A stretch of DNA of 61,379 nucleotides, the filler included, from Globobulimina sp. (Eukaryota): NCBI GenBank assembly GCA_003354225.1. It is 14 parts of 14 records of this genome, joined end to end, with 100 filler letters (N's around TTAATTAATTAA, not from the genome) between each part and the next. Parts side by side here need not be neighbours in the genome. Positions count along the whole stretch, not along the records: positions 35,169 to 39,454 come from PIVH01001380.1; positions 39,555 to 43,839 come from PIVH01001381.1; positions 43,940 to 48,224 come from PIVH01001382.1; 11 more parts are not named here. The stretch is one strand, 5' to 3'. The notes beneath the pieces were generated by a model that saw only the letters and a program-made list of their open reading frames with translations, made no database searches and was not told the DNA's origin. Of this stretch, positions 35,269-47,226 are shown piece by piece. Each line of letters starts with the position of its first letter. Positions within the stretch are counted from its first letter, which is position 1. Both the position numbers and the translations under genes were made by a program.

Positions 35269-36829
35269 GATTTGAAAATATTCGATTTCGAAGTGGCGGG
35301 CATACAATTTAATGGCGCTAAAAAGATAATAATTCGCAATGTAGAAATCGGGCCAAGTAACGACGACATTAAACCCAGCGCATATTATTCGAATGCGAGG
35401 TACGTAGCGCTTGCAATGCGATTATTACTGCAGCAAATCACATATAATCCGCATCGTAAACACATTGTATATTCCCATGGTCGACGCTTAAGTTTGCAAA
35501 CAGTGTACAACAACTTACTCACATCAATGGATATTGCATTCAGATATTTTTTGAACGCCAACACAGAAAATGATATCGCACACGATTTGTATGATGTATC
35601 TGTCGATTTATATCATAACAAATATGGCTTACCCGACGGTTCTGCGTTATATGGCATTGTATTACATTCATTCAGTTTGGCAATCTTCGGATTTGGACAG
35701 GAACGAAATGGAGCTGGCGATGGCGAAAAAATTCGGATTGGAAACGTGCAGATTCATAATTTAAAATTGCATACAAATGAGTTTGCGAGTATTTATTTTG
35801 ACCAATGCAATGATAAAAGATCGCAAACACAAACGTTTATTAAAGGGCCGTTTGGCGATACTATGGATGTTCGGAAAATGGTGGATAAAGAATATAGGAA
35901 TGTTATTGATGATGGCGGCGATATCACATTGCTGGAATATGTTGGCAATCCGTTGGACGATGCACGGATTGCATTAGGTATACAATTGCATACAGTACAA
36001 ACCTACGAAAGTTTATATCGGTGCATACAAATATAATTATATAGCGTTGCTGGGAGGAGCGTATGAGTTGCAATTTGGCTCTGTATCGCTGGCTAATAAA
36101 TATTTCTTTGGCTGGGCGTTGGATGAATATGAAGGTGTATCATATGATGGGTTGCCGGCATGTGCCGCATTTGTATGTAATGGAGATGTAATGTTCCATA
36201 ATAATAAGGGGATAATTGGTGTTCGCGCAGATTTAATTGACGATTTCGAGATAAATGGGATTGAGATACGCAAATTAATAAATAAGACACCATTGAATAG
36301 TTTTGCCTGCGGTGCGTATGATGGTGGCCATGATGGCGGGCATCCAACGCAAATGGACGGATATGGCGGTTTGAGCACATGCGTGACGGGAATGAGTGTC
36401 TACGGCGGCGACTTGAGTGTGTTTGGCGAGAATAGGATTGCAAATTTAAAGAGTAATAACGGTGACGTGGTAGGTTTTCATGTGTTTAGTGATGCGGTCA
36501 TATTGTTTGATGAGGATATTAAATTTGAAATAAATAATATGAAAACATGTAAGTCGTTGGGACAGAATGATATTAATAAGTTGGTAAAAAAAGGAAAATA
36601 TCCATATCCAAATCATTGTTTTGTGTGTAATATGTTGGTGGATCCGGTGGATAACAATGATATTTATATTGATCCATATCCACCAAATGGTGTTGGCAAA
36701 GTATATTGTTATGATATGAATGGTGAACGGATAACGTTACCAATTGCAAGAACAAAGTATGAAGCAAGAAATGCCAAATTGGTATACTATGATGTGCATG
36801 ATCAGGAATATAGGAATATAGGAATTTAA
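35269..36829 (+). CDS. Hypothetical protein, possible parallel beta-helix (5'-partial)
   Basis: Intron 35978-36044 joins two ORFs. Repeated I.I.NV.I and G..V..D beta-strand patterns. Confidence 0.6.
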
Positions 36830-37551
36830 ATGGGATCCAAAATATTTAAGTAAAAGACTTCGAGTAAATTTATGACACATAAAAATAACATATCTAGTGT
36901 TTAAATAACATTATTTCTAATTTTTCTATTATTTTGAGATTATTTGATTGTTATTTTGATTTAATTTATAGGTTTTAATCGATGATTGTTATTTTGATGT
37001 TATTTGATTGGTTAGAATAATTTAGGTTTTTTACTACTTTTTCCACAGAAACGGTACGATTTTGTACGTAACCTTTGTAAACAAAAAGGAATGAACAAGC
37101 AAACACAGTCAACACAAACGAAAGAAACAAAAAAATCCAACAAAACCCGCCATCTGACCATCAAAACACCTTCAAAATTCAATCCAAAAATCCAACAAAA
37201 CACCAAACAAAAATCCACTGTCTCTCAATCAATGAAAACGTTGATCCAAAGAGAATTCCAGACTTGAAATGGAAGGAGTTCCGGAATGTTGGTTTTTTTT
37301 TAAGCTGTTTTGATAGAAAACAATTGCAACTATTGCAGCTGCATCGTAATAAATCACAATAAATCACACTTTTACAAATAATTATGATACTTTTACACTA
37401 TGTTTCATAATTTATGCTGTTTTATACTTTGATAATATTAATAGAATAAATTTATACTTTGATTGTATTTATAGATATCGAACTTATTCAATTTATTATT
37501 TTATTTACATATCTTATAAAGAAGAATAAACAACAAAAAAGTAATTAAAGA

Positions 37552-38472
37552 ATGTTTCCATTGAATGGAAGAAACAAAAATGGCTACATTTTACACCCAA
37601 AGATTTCATCAGTAATGATTTGTGTAGCAATAATCACGTTACTGATAGTTGCAATTGGATATGTATCAGTGTTTGAAAGTGCTCAAAGTAGTTCTACAAG
37701 ACATTTACTGGCCGAAATTTTGGGCATAAGTTTCGAATCCTCCAGTGCAGCATCATCAGGATCTGATCCATCAGCCGGATCTGATCCATCATCATCCGGA
37801 TCTCATCCATCATCATCCGGATCTGATCCATCATCCGCATATGTTCCAGTTAATGGTGGTAATGATAATATGATATTTGTATTTGGTAATGATCCATCGA
37901 GTACTGGTGATAGTATTTCTAGTGCAGCCAGACAAAATGTACAAGCAAGACATCCTCTGAATTGTGTTTCATTAGAAGGTTTTGAAGATTATGTAATGAC
38001 TCAAGCATCATGGCTTTTTACATCGAGTGCAGCGATATCACATTCAGTAATTGCTGTTGAATTTGTAAAGCCTAGTATACGTAGTAGTAATTTTTTAAGT
38101 GTAACAGTAGAGTCATTTAATAACAGAGACGACCCAAAAAATGGACTGCCAAGAATAGAATGTAGACAGATCCAAACAGATCTACGTTCAATAAAATCAT
38201 CAGTGAAAACAAGAGAAGGTAGAGCATTGCAGACATGGGTTGATGGATCCTCTCCGCTTCCAATGGATTATATTAAATTTTGGAAACAAGTTCGTGATAT
38301 GGGATCAGCAAAACGTACATATTCTGTAGCGAGTAATTCATGTCATCACTATGCTAAAGAAATGTGGATGGCTTTAACTGGAGAGGATAGAAGAATACCA
38401 GACGCAAAAAAAGCAACTGCTGCAGGTTTTTTTGGTTTTAATGGCAGACAAAACGTTCAAGAAGTCTTGTAA
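37552..38472 (+). CDS. Type II membrane protein with SSGSDP repeats and a PPPDE/LRAT-like permuted papain domain
   Basis: N-terminal TM helix, tandem GSDPS repeats, HSVIAV followed later by YSVASNSCHHYAKE. Confidence 0.6.
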   Translation: MFPLNGRNKNGYILHPKISSVMICVAIITLLIVAIGYVSVFESAQSSSTRHLLAEILGISFESSSAASSGSDPSAGSDPSSSGSHPSSSGSDPSSAYVPVNGGNDNMIFVFGNDPSSTGDSISSAARQNVQARHPLNCVSLEGFEDYVMTQASWLFTSSAAISHSVIAVEFVKPSIRSSNFLSVTVESFNNRDDPKNGLPRIECRQIQTDLRSIKSSVKTREGRALQTWVDGSSPLPMDYIKFWKQVRDMGSAKRTYSVASNSCHHYAKEMWMALTGEDRRIPDAKKATAAGFFGFNGRQNVQEVL

Positions 38473-38618
38473 CTCCACCTTTATTTAATTAAATGTAACA
38501 TTTTTGTAACAACTCACTTAAACCAACTCTATCTTCTCACTTAAACCAACTTAAGTGCAACACACTCATAAAGAACAAGTTTATAATTGCAACAAATGCT
38601 ATCAACACAGAATTACTG

Positions 38619-39454
38619 TCAACAGGCAAAGTGAGCGGTTTCAATATATATAGTTACTACATCATAATTTGTCCCATGATTAGTAACCACCGCTTCTCTT
38701 CCAGATTGGCGGAGAAACGTTTCCCACTCTTTTGTTTGATTCCGATTGGTTGTAATAGATTCCAATCCCACTCCAATCTCAAATTCCAATTGATCTGGCG
38801 ACGTAATCCCTGAATCAGCAATGTAAAGCTGTTCCAATTCACAGGGTATGTTTACAAGCCGTGTTACATATTTGCACCCTGTCATAGAAAATGAGACTGC
38901 CATTGCAAGAGTATAATCACATGCAAAAAAATCAATAACTCCTTGAATTGGATTATTGGAAACATCTACATGCTCCAAAGCGAATGGCATTATTTGTATA
39001 CCAAATGTTTCATGATCTAACCGTGTAAACTTATTATCAGCGATTGATAATGATACCATACGTTCAAAAAAAAACTGTTGTAATGAATCTAAATTGCTAC
39101 CTTTTAACACCACACCATTCATTTCTGGGATTTTAAATGCATGGTCAGCAATTTCCAAATATTGTAACACGTCTTGATTTAAATACGTTTTATTGTTTAA
39201 TATTAAATGCGCAAATCGCCCACCGGACCTCTGACATTCTATTATTTCTCTATTAATCATTGGACCGATCAGGTTTGAATATGTTGTTTTGATTTGTTTT
39301 TTGAAAATCGGATCAAAATTTAATCTTTTTGCGGTTCGTGCAATTGTACCATTTTCTTTTTCTTGTCTCATAAATGCATTTATTAATCTCGCGTAATCGT
39401 CTGAGTGTATTGTATTATTTGCAGTTCCCAAATCTCTTTGTTTCAACGCAGACT
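38619..39454 (-). CDS. Leucine-rich-repeat protein (5'-partial)
   Basis: LQYLEIADH, VSLSIADNKFT, LEHVDVSNNPI and LEQLYIADSGI repeats. Confidence 0.65.
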
Positions 39455-39554
39455 NNNNNNNNNNNNNNNNNNNNNNNNNNNNNNNNNNNNNNNNNNNNTT
39501 AATTAATTAANNNNNNNNNNNNNNNNNNNNNNNNNNNNNNNNNNNNNNNNNNNN

Positions 39555-40878
39555 ATGTAATTGTTGTTGTATTAAACTTACATTTCGAGAGATAATTGAA
39601 ATAATAATACATTGATATAATATTATTATTAAGATCAATGTGCAATGCATTAAAGTTAATATTTATTTGTGGATATTTACAATATTTATAATGAATACAC
39701 ATTGAATTTAATATTTTAAAAGCAACAAATTGCGATATTAATAATGAGATTATATCGGTTTTATATTCAATATCTAAGCCATAAATATTTATGTTATTTC
39801 TATCTTCCATTTCAAAATTAATTGACTCGCATTTCAGGTTCAAATTAATTTGATATAATTGTAATAAATGAATGTAATCATATTGTGATAAATAATGAAT
39901 ATATTTCAATTTATGAAATGCAAAATTATTAATATTACTTTCATTCTTTTCCATTAACTTCATGCCAAAATGATAAAATTCAAAATTATTTATTCTTAAA
40001 TTAATATTTAAATTTTCAAACAAAGTTTTTTTATCAATTTTGATGCAAACTTCTATACTTTTTATGTTGATTTTAAGTTTGGTTTTAAAAATATTCACAA
40101 CTTGTTTCAACAAAGCAGTTGTAATATATTTTGAATTTATTTTATTATTTGTCATATCTGTTGAAGCAGGAAATAATGCATTCAGATTTACTTTAATTTT
40201 ATCAATGGAGATGCTGATATATTTGGTCATAAATGATGGCAATGAGTCGAATTGAAATATGAATCGAATATTATTTATGGATAACATATTATTATTGGCA
40301 TTTATGTGTTTTACATGTAATAAGATTATATTCTGATTAATGAATGAAATTATAGCTGTTTTCAGCGTGTGTGTTGCATCACATTTATTATTTCCATCCT
40401 TGCGCTTTAAACTTACAATCATGTCATTTGGAAATTTAATAAATGGATGAATGTGGCACATTGCTATGGATATTATTTTAGTTAAAATATGTATGGATGG
40501 ATAGGATGTAAACAATTGATGGAATAAATAGAAAAATGAATTAAATATTATTATTTTGCATAGACAATGATATAATAATGTGTATAATATGTAATATTCA
40601 AATAGATTGAAGATATTTAATGGATTTGATCGTAATTTAGATTGGATATGATAATAAGATGCATTTCGTACAATGAAGGTGGGGATATTAATGATTATGA
40701 TAGTAAATGGTTTAACATCAAATCCAATGACAAAACCAGAGAATGTTTTAATTCCTTTCCATGTTTTAAACAAATGTGTGCCGACATCCTCAATGCACCA
40801 TAGCAATATTCGTATCAACAAATAACATGTCAATAATGTTAACATTATGTAAAAAAACAACGCACCCATGGTTACCAT
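39555..40878 (-). CDS. Hypothetical protein with N-terminal TM segment (3'-partial)
   Basis: More than 440 open codons in very AT-rich DNA, I/N-rich with a beta-strand pattern; no recognised motif. Confidence 0.5.
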
Positions 40879-41456
40879 GGTAGTAGTCCAAAAAAAAACA
40901 ATATATCCTCTATGGTATCACTGCCGCAGTCATAACTATTGAGCTAATTTATTGTGGTGAGCGAACAACTTCAAAAGTTCAAGTCCGATCACCACAATTA
41001 AAATTAGCTCAACAGTTGTGACTGCAGTGTGTGACTGCAGTTGCCGGTTTTGAAGGATGAATATAAAACATCGGAATATCCTTGGTATATCACCAATGAA
41101 ATATAAAACATCGCGGAACTCATGGTTGACACTAAAGAGCATAAATATGAAAAATCAACATATGTGACATTCATGGGACAAAACTCATCTCTTATTTATT
41201 TATTTCTGTAACAGAACTTTCCAGAGTTATTGTATTTAAAACAAATCGACCACGTCCTTTGCATTCTTGCAATATCCGTTACATTCACAGCATCAAACAC
41301 ATGCTTTACCAACCTTTTGTGCACTCACACACTGCTCTGAAGGGTTTGTGAAAAAACAAATTGATGACAAACTAAACATAAATTAAATATATTACTTTGA
41401 AAGTACAAACACACAAACTTTCAACAAATTAAATAAAGACAAAATTTATTTGTATA

Positions 41457-42279
41457 TTAATAACCTGCTTCACTTGGATCCCATTCCGAAGTTGACACAG
41501 TTTGAGATTTATTGCCATTTATCTGACGATAATCAATATATTTACATAATATTACTGTGCATAATGTGATAGTAAATAAATAAATGGATAGTATTAATCC
41601 GGTAACAGAGATAATATTAAAATTATGCAACAAATGCGGCGAAACAATATCATAACAAACATGTTCATTCGCACACTCTCCGGTACCAGGATAAAAACGA
41701 CAACATGGCCCTTTCGTAATAAAATTACAACATTTATTTTGTTGTTGAAATTGTATTTCTTGAACACGGGTTAGTCCTCGCCATTGTCTTTGCGCATAAT
41801 TGTATACATTTGATTCATCTGCAAATGATTGAGCTGTTGTTGTAACTGATAATGTTAAACTCGATAAAATTGCCAAAATATATAAAACCAATACGCATTT
41901 ATTTCTTGATTTAGCACCTAATGTCAACCAATTATTAATAAATATTTAATTATTTTATTCAATAAAGTATCGACAAACCTATACAACCAATAAATGCTGT
42001 AATCGCACTCATTATACCACATACAAATGGTACATATATTAATTCCTTTTCCATTGTACCAAAAGGTAGTGGAGAGAACCTAATACCATTTCTTTCTGCA
42101 ATAATAGCGCCGGCAATAACCATTCCACCACCACTAACCATTAAAATTTGTATTAAATATAATGCTTTCTCAAATATTACCATACTTTGTGGCAATTGCG
42201 ACTCACCTTTTTCATAATCATACTCTAAATTTCTGTACGCTAAATCGTAATTATTCATTATAGCTCCTGCACGTGACAT
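41457..42279 (-). CDS. Tetraspanin-like protein
   Basis: Intron 41918-41978. Four TM helices, FIGCIGA.SRNKC.L.LY motif, and a large loop with Q....CCN and further Cys. Confidence 0.8.
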
Positions 42280-42356
42280 GGTTGAAAGAAAACGCGTTTG
42301 AAAGTGTGATGACTAGTTTTCTGAGCTTAAGTTTTTTCGTTTATAAATTCCAATCC

Positions 42357-43839
42357 ATGGCCACATTCGTTGAACTAATTGCAATTTGCCTTATTTTTCA
42401 ATTATTGGATGTAGTGTATTGCAATTATTATTCATTGGATGGTTCTGCCAACAATCAGTATCACCAAGAATGGGGAACACCAAACCGTCCATATCGAAGA
42501 CTACCAAATGAACATCATAAACTATCATATTCCAACGGATTTCAAATCAACGCACAACTGCCAAACCCTCGTCTTATCAGCAATGCCATTGGTCAAATAC
42601 CAAAAGTACAATCCAAGCATGCCAAATATTCGCCATTGTCAGGCATCTCTTGGGTATTTAGCAAGACTGTGAGCCAGGAACTGTGTAAAACAAAAACTGA
42701 GCCAACACCAAATACATTCTATCCAATCAACGTGCCGCCATGCGATTGGTACTTGGATTACAATTGGTATGCATCTGTCATTCTGTCTCATATTTATAAT
42801 TCCATCGCATTTTGTGTTTCATCATACAGTACCAACACGACCAGGATACAGTTTTGGAGATCACCTTTGCGAAACACAACAAACAGCATTGACAACCAAA
42901 CATATCCAACGCCAGTCAACACCGCCACAGCTTTCATTGATTTGCATTGGATTTATGGTCTTAACACGCAACAACAGCAACAAATACGCGTATTCAAACA
43001 TGGCTTAATTAAGACACCAATGTCATATGCATTCAATACCTCTGATGAATTAGTAGCTGCCCAACTGCATTCAACTGCATTTGCGACCAATATCAATAAT
43101 TCAATCACAGATTTTTATGCTGCCTCTGATCGCCGCAACCGATCCTTTGCTGGAATCAATGCATCGATTTCAGGTTACACTGCCACAGAATGTCCATTTT
43201 TCGCAGGCGAAGCAACGCCAAACACATTGATTGGGCATTTGTGGAAATTAAACCATAACCGCATTGCAAGAGAACTGGCACAGGACACTGGTTCCACTGA
43301 TGATGAATATTTGTTTCAAGAAGCAAGAGTCAGACAAATCGCCACTGTTCAACATATTATATACACTGAATATTTGCCGTTATTTCTAGCATATCCGGTG
43401 ATTAACGATATTGAGTATAACTCTTCCATTGACCCAACTGTTTCTGCCTGGTTTTGTGGTTAGCTCATCGGTATTCCCATCCTGCTGCACCTAATAAAAT
43501 ACCCTTTGCTGGATATCACAATCATGAATCTGAAGCAATATATGGTGGATATATAAACGAAACAATTTCGTCTATTTCTATTCGCGAAGCTGTAACCTAT
43601 CCGTGTATGGGCATTGATTCTATAAAAAATAATAACCAATCTGGCAATGTTTACGTTGAGTCAATGCTCGGTGGCTTAATGCTAGAAAGTGAGAATTTAG
43701 TCAGTCCGAAACATAATGAATTTTTAAGGTCCTTTTTACCTTTACGTGGTACTGAAGCTTATGCCGATTTATTTGCCATTGACATTTTCAGAACAAGGTA
43801 TTTTTTTTAATTCTATATTTTTACTCTGTTGTACTGGTG
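42357..43839 (+). CDS. Secreted peroxidase-cyclooxygenase-family (DUOX-like) protein, degenerate active site, frameshift near 43460 (3'-partial)
   Basis: Signal peptide; SLDGSANN...WG....RRL, LPNPRLISN, N..TAFID..WIYG, HNRIA..L and DEYLFQEAR...IAT.QHI.Y.EYLP motifs. In-frame intron 42767-42829. HRYSH continues in another frame. Confidence 0.85.
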
Positions 43840-43939
43840 NNNNNNNNNNNNNNNNNNNNNNNNNNNNNNNNNNNNNNNNNNNNTTAATTAATTAANNNNN
43901 NNNNNNNNNNNNNNNNNNNNNNNNNNNNNNNNNNNNNNN

Positions 43940-44382
43940 CAAATATTACATACTTTTTCTTCATTCCGCGACAAATAAAACTTATCCACATCAATATTGC
44001 GCATAAATTGATAATAATCACAAACAAAATAATCATAAATATCTTTCTCTCCATATTTGCCATACACTTTTCTTATTATCTCGGCTGCGCAAACACGCAC
44101 TAATTGCAATTCTAACAATTTATTTAAGCGGACCATATATTCACATTCCACAAAAATACAAACATCCTCTTTCTTCTCTTCGTTCAATCGATTATTATTA
44201 TTATTATTGTTTTGTGTATTTTGTGATGCGATATAATTGATACATTTATTAATATCGTTTTTGTATTTACGTGTTGCTTCCAATGACGTTGTTTCATCAA
44301 ATCCCATATTAATAAGTTGTTGACAAATTGCTAACGAATCTGGTTCCAGTTCCTCGGCTTTTGTGGAAGTACAATTTCCCAT
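43940..44382 (-). CDS. N-myristoylation/palmitoylation-motif UBA-domain protein (3'-partial)
   Basis: MGNCTS N-terminus; QQLINMGFD...A......DIN..I UBA motif. Confidence 0.7.
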
Positions 44383-44417
44383 GTTTCACCTCAGAGTTAC
44401 GAGTTGTAAAAGAAACA

Positions 44418-44645
44418 ATGGCCCAATCAAAGTCACAGTCACAGTCAATGAAAGCAGCAGTTTCTGAGGATTCCAAGTCCAAATCCAAATGGACAGAGAC
44501 TGAGTTATTAAATCTGAACACATGGATCTATTGTATATGTTTGGTGGATTTCGATTTAACCGAAGGCCAAATCACCAAATTCGTTTATCTCTTTGACATA
44601 TTATCCTGCCAAGAAAAGGCAAATATCGCTAACTTATGTAAGTGA
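44418..44645 (+). pseudogene. Truncated uDENN (DENND6-like) first exon
   Basis: WIYCICLVDFDLTEGQ....VY....L...EK.NI..L, then a GTAAGT donor; only ~230 bp remain before the stop of the convergent gene. Confidence 0.55.
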
Positions 44646-44872
44646 ATGTTTAATAATTATTAATAAGTATACGAGGGCGGTTATTCAAACGTTTGTATGT
44701 TACCAATATATATACAGATAAATAACAAACAACATGTTCATAATATTGTTAATTATCTTTTATTTGCATCTGCAAATAACATCGGTATATATATATATTT
44801 GTAACATACAAATCTAACCCAACAAAATATTTAATAATACAAAAGAAAATACAAAAGAAAATTTACAAGATT

Positions 44873-47164
44873 TTACATAACAAAACAAACATTGTTATCA
44901 TCTGAAGCAGCACTAACACCATCACCATCACTTGAAATGTTATGATTATTAACTTTAAATTGATCTAATTTATATAATACAAATTGTTGTTGATATTGGT
45001 CACAAATTAATAATGCGTCATCAACATTGTCATCACAAATTGCATCACTTTTAACAATAATATCACCATCCTCCACTCCAATCGCATATGGATTATCATC
45101 GCGAATTGTAATTAATCGAAATTTCTGCGACACTCCAATTCTTTTATTAGGTATTTCCTTTTTAAATGTTTGATATTTATTGGTAAAATAGTGATTAATG
45201 AATGTTATTGGTCTTCCTGTTACATTTTCAATAATAAATCCGTGAATCACCGAATCGCGACTACCAAATGGCACAACTGATAGTTGTGACTGTCCCCATT
45301 GTCTCAACGATACATAAGTATCTGCATTCTGCGGAAATATTTGCTGTTGTTGCTGTTGGGCATCACATAAATACAATTTTTCATGTTCACCAAAATCAAA
45401 CTTAAAGTTACCAGGTACTGTAATGTCAGTTTCTTTCTTTTTTTCTTTCAAAGCAAGAACAATATAACAATTCGGTCGAATCTCTCTTTCATCCAAACGG
45501 AATGTAATGCCATTTTGATTTTTGATTGAAAAACCTTGCAATTGTATTGAATCTTTGCTATAATTAAATAAATCAAATCGACGATACTTATCATTTGGAA
45601 GTGGTATATTATCAACCATCAAAGGTGGATATTGATGATTTAAATACCATTCGGACAATGAACTAACAACAACTTTACGTTTCTTCCTCGCTACATTTGA
45701 TTGGATATTATGTCTTCTTTCCAATCTGGATAATTTCGCATGACATTCATCAATGCCATTTTTTAGCGGCGCGTCTAAACCAAAAAAATGTTGCCTTTCA
45801 TGTTTTAATTTTAGTTACATACGATTTTAAAGCAAAAAAACGTTTTTTAGGAACATACCATAATATTTTGTATTGCGACAATTCTGTTTGTATCGACATC
45901 ATTTCTTTTTCTTTATCCTTCAATTCGTTTGTTTTTATAGCAAATCGTTGTTGTAATACGTCATAATCGCCTTTCAAATCATCAATGTTTTCTTTTAAAT
46001 GATTAATATTTTCGTTTTTTTGATGTGATTCTTTTTTAAATTTTAAGGTATTATCTTTAATTTGGGATTTTAATTCGTTACATTCTGAAAGTGAACGTTG
46101 TAATCTTTGGTTAATCCGCGTTTCTAAATCTTTATATTCTTTATCCAAAGTTCTAATCGATTCGTTCTTTGCTTGTTGCCATTCAATCTCTTTCTTATTT
46201 ACTCTCTCTTTATAAACGTTATTTAATTCATTTAAGTCTTTCTTCCATAATAAATGACATTTTTGTGCATCAAACGTTTTTAAATTTGCGTTTAAAATTG
46301 CATCACAAATACCATTTAATTTATTACTAAAACATTTATCTAATTCAAACTCTTTCCGTTGGTACTCGACAGTTAATGCATTATATTTTCTTTGTAATTC
46401 GTCTCTTTCGGCCGCGACCTCAGAATCAATATTTTCTACATTATATTTATCGGAATATCTCATTTTCTCAATTGATGATATCAACGAATCGTTCTTTGTT
46501 TTATATTCTTCAATTAATCTCTTTGATTCTTTACGCTGTTTTTTCTCCTGTTTTCAAATTAATTAATACAAATTTAGAAACATTGTCAAAATTGTATAAC
46601 GTATAAAAAAACAAAAAAAAAACTATTTTCGTCAACGACTTTGTGAAAATATAATATGATGTATGCTTTGTGAAAATATAATTGTTTTCTAAATACGACA
46701 CACCACAAACGGTACAAATAGCGGTGATTTACCTGTTCGAGTTGGTTGAATGTGTCATTTTTTTCTTTATTTGCAGTTTGCAACGCTTGTTTCATATTTT
46801 GTGTTCTATTTTGAATGTATGAATCTATTCCTTCTGCCAACACTTGTAATTGTTTATAATTATTTTGTTGCGCTCTTAATTTTTTTATTTCATCTTTCAA
46901 CGCATTGTTTTCCATGGATTTCTCATTTAATTTGTTCTCCCAATCACCTGTAATTGCTCTTACTTCTACTAAATGATTCTCTAAAATCTCTTTAATTTCA
47001 TTAATTGTTTCTGCATAATCAGGCACCTCTTCTTTAAACTCGCTAACATCTTTCAAATTGGCATATAAATTCTCAATTCGATCGCTAATATCATACAATT
47101 GGAAACGTTGCCAAAGGCGACCATTTCCATCATTCTGATACGTTCCATTGACACCAGACATCAC
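44873..47164 (-). CDS. Lamin-like nuclear intermediate filament protein (~680 aa)
   Basis: Introns 46548-46732 and 45795-45858. Rod start QLYDISDRIENL, long heptad coiled coil, rod end IQTELSQYKILW, NLS RKKRK, two LTD-like repeats (FDLFNYS..SIQLQGFSI; FIIENVT..PITF), CaaX CFVM*. Confidence 0.82.
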
Positions 47165-47226
47165 TTCAAAAAGCTACAAGATTTTAAATAAACAGTCAAA
47201 AAAAAAAAACTTTTTCAAGCACAAAA

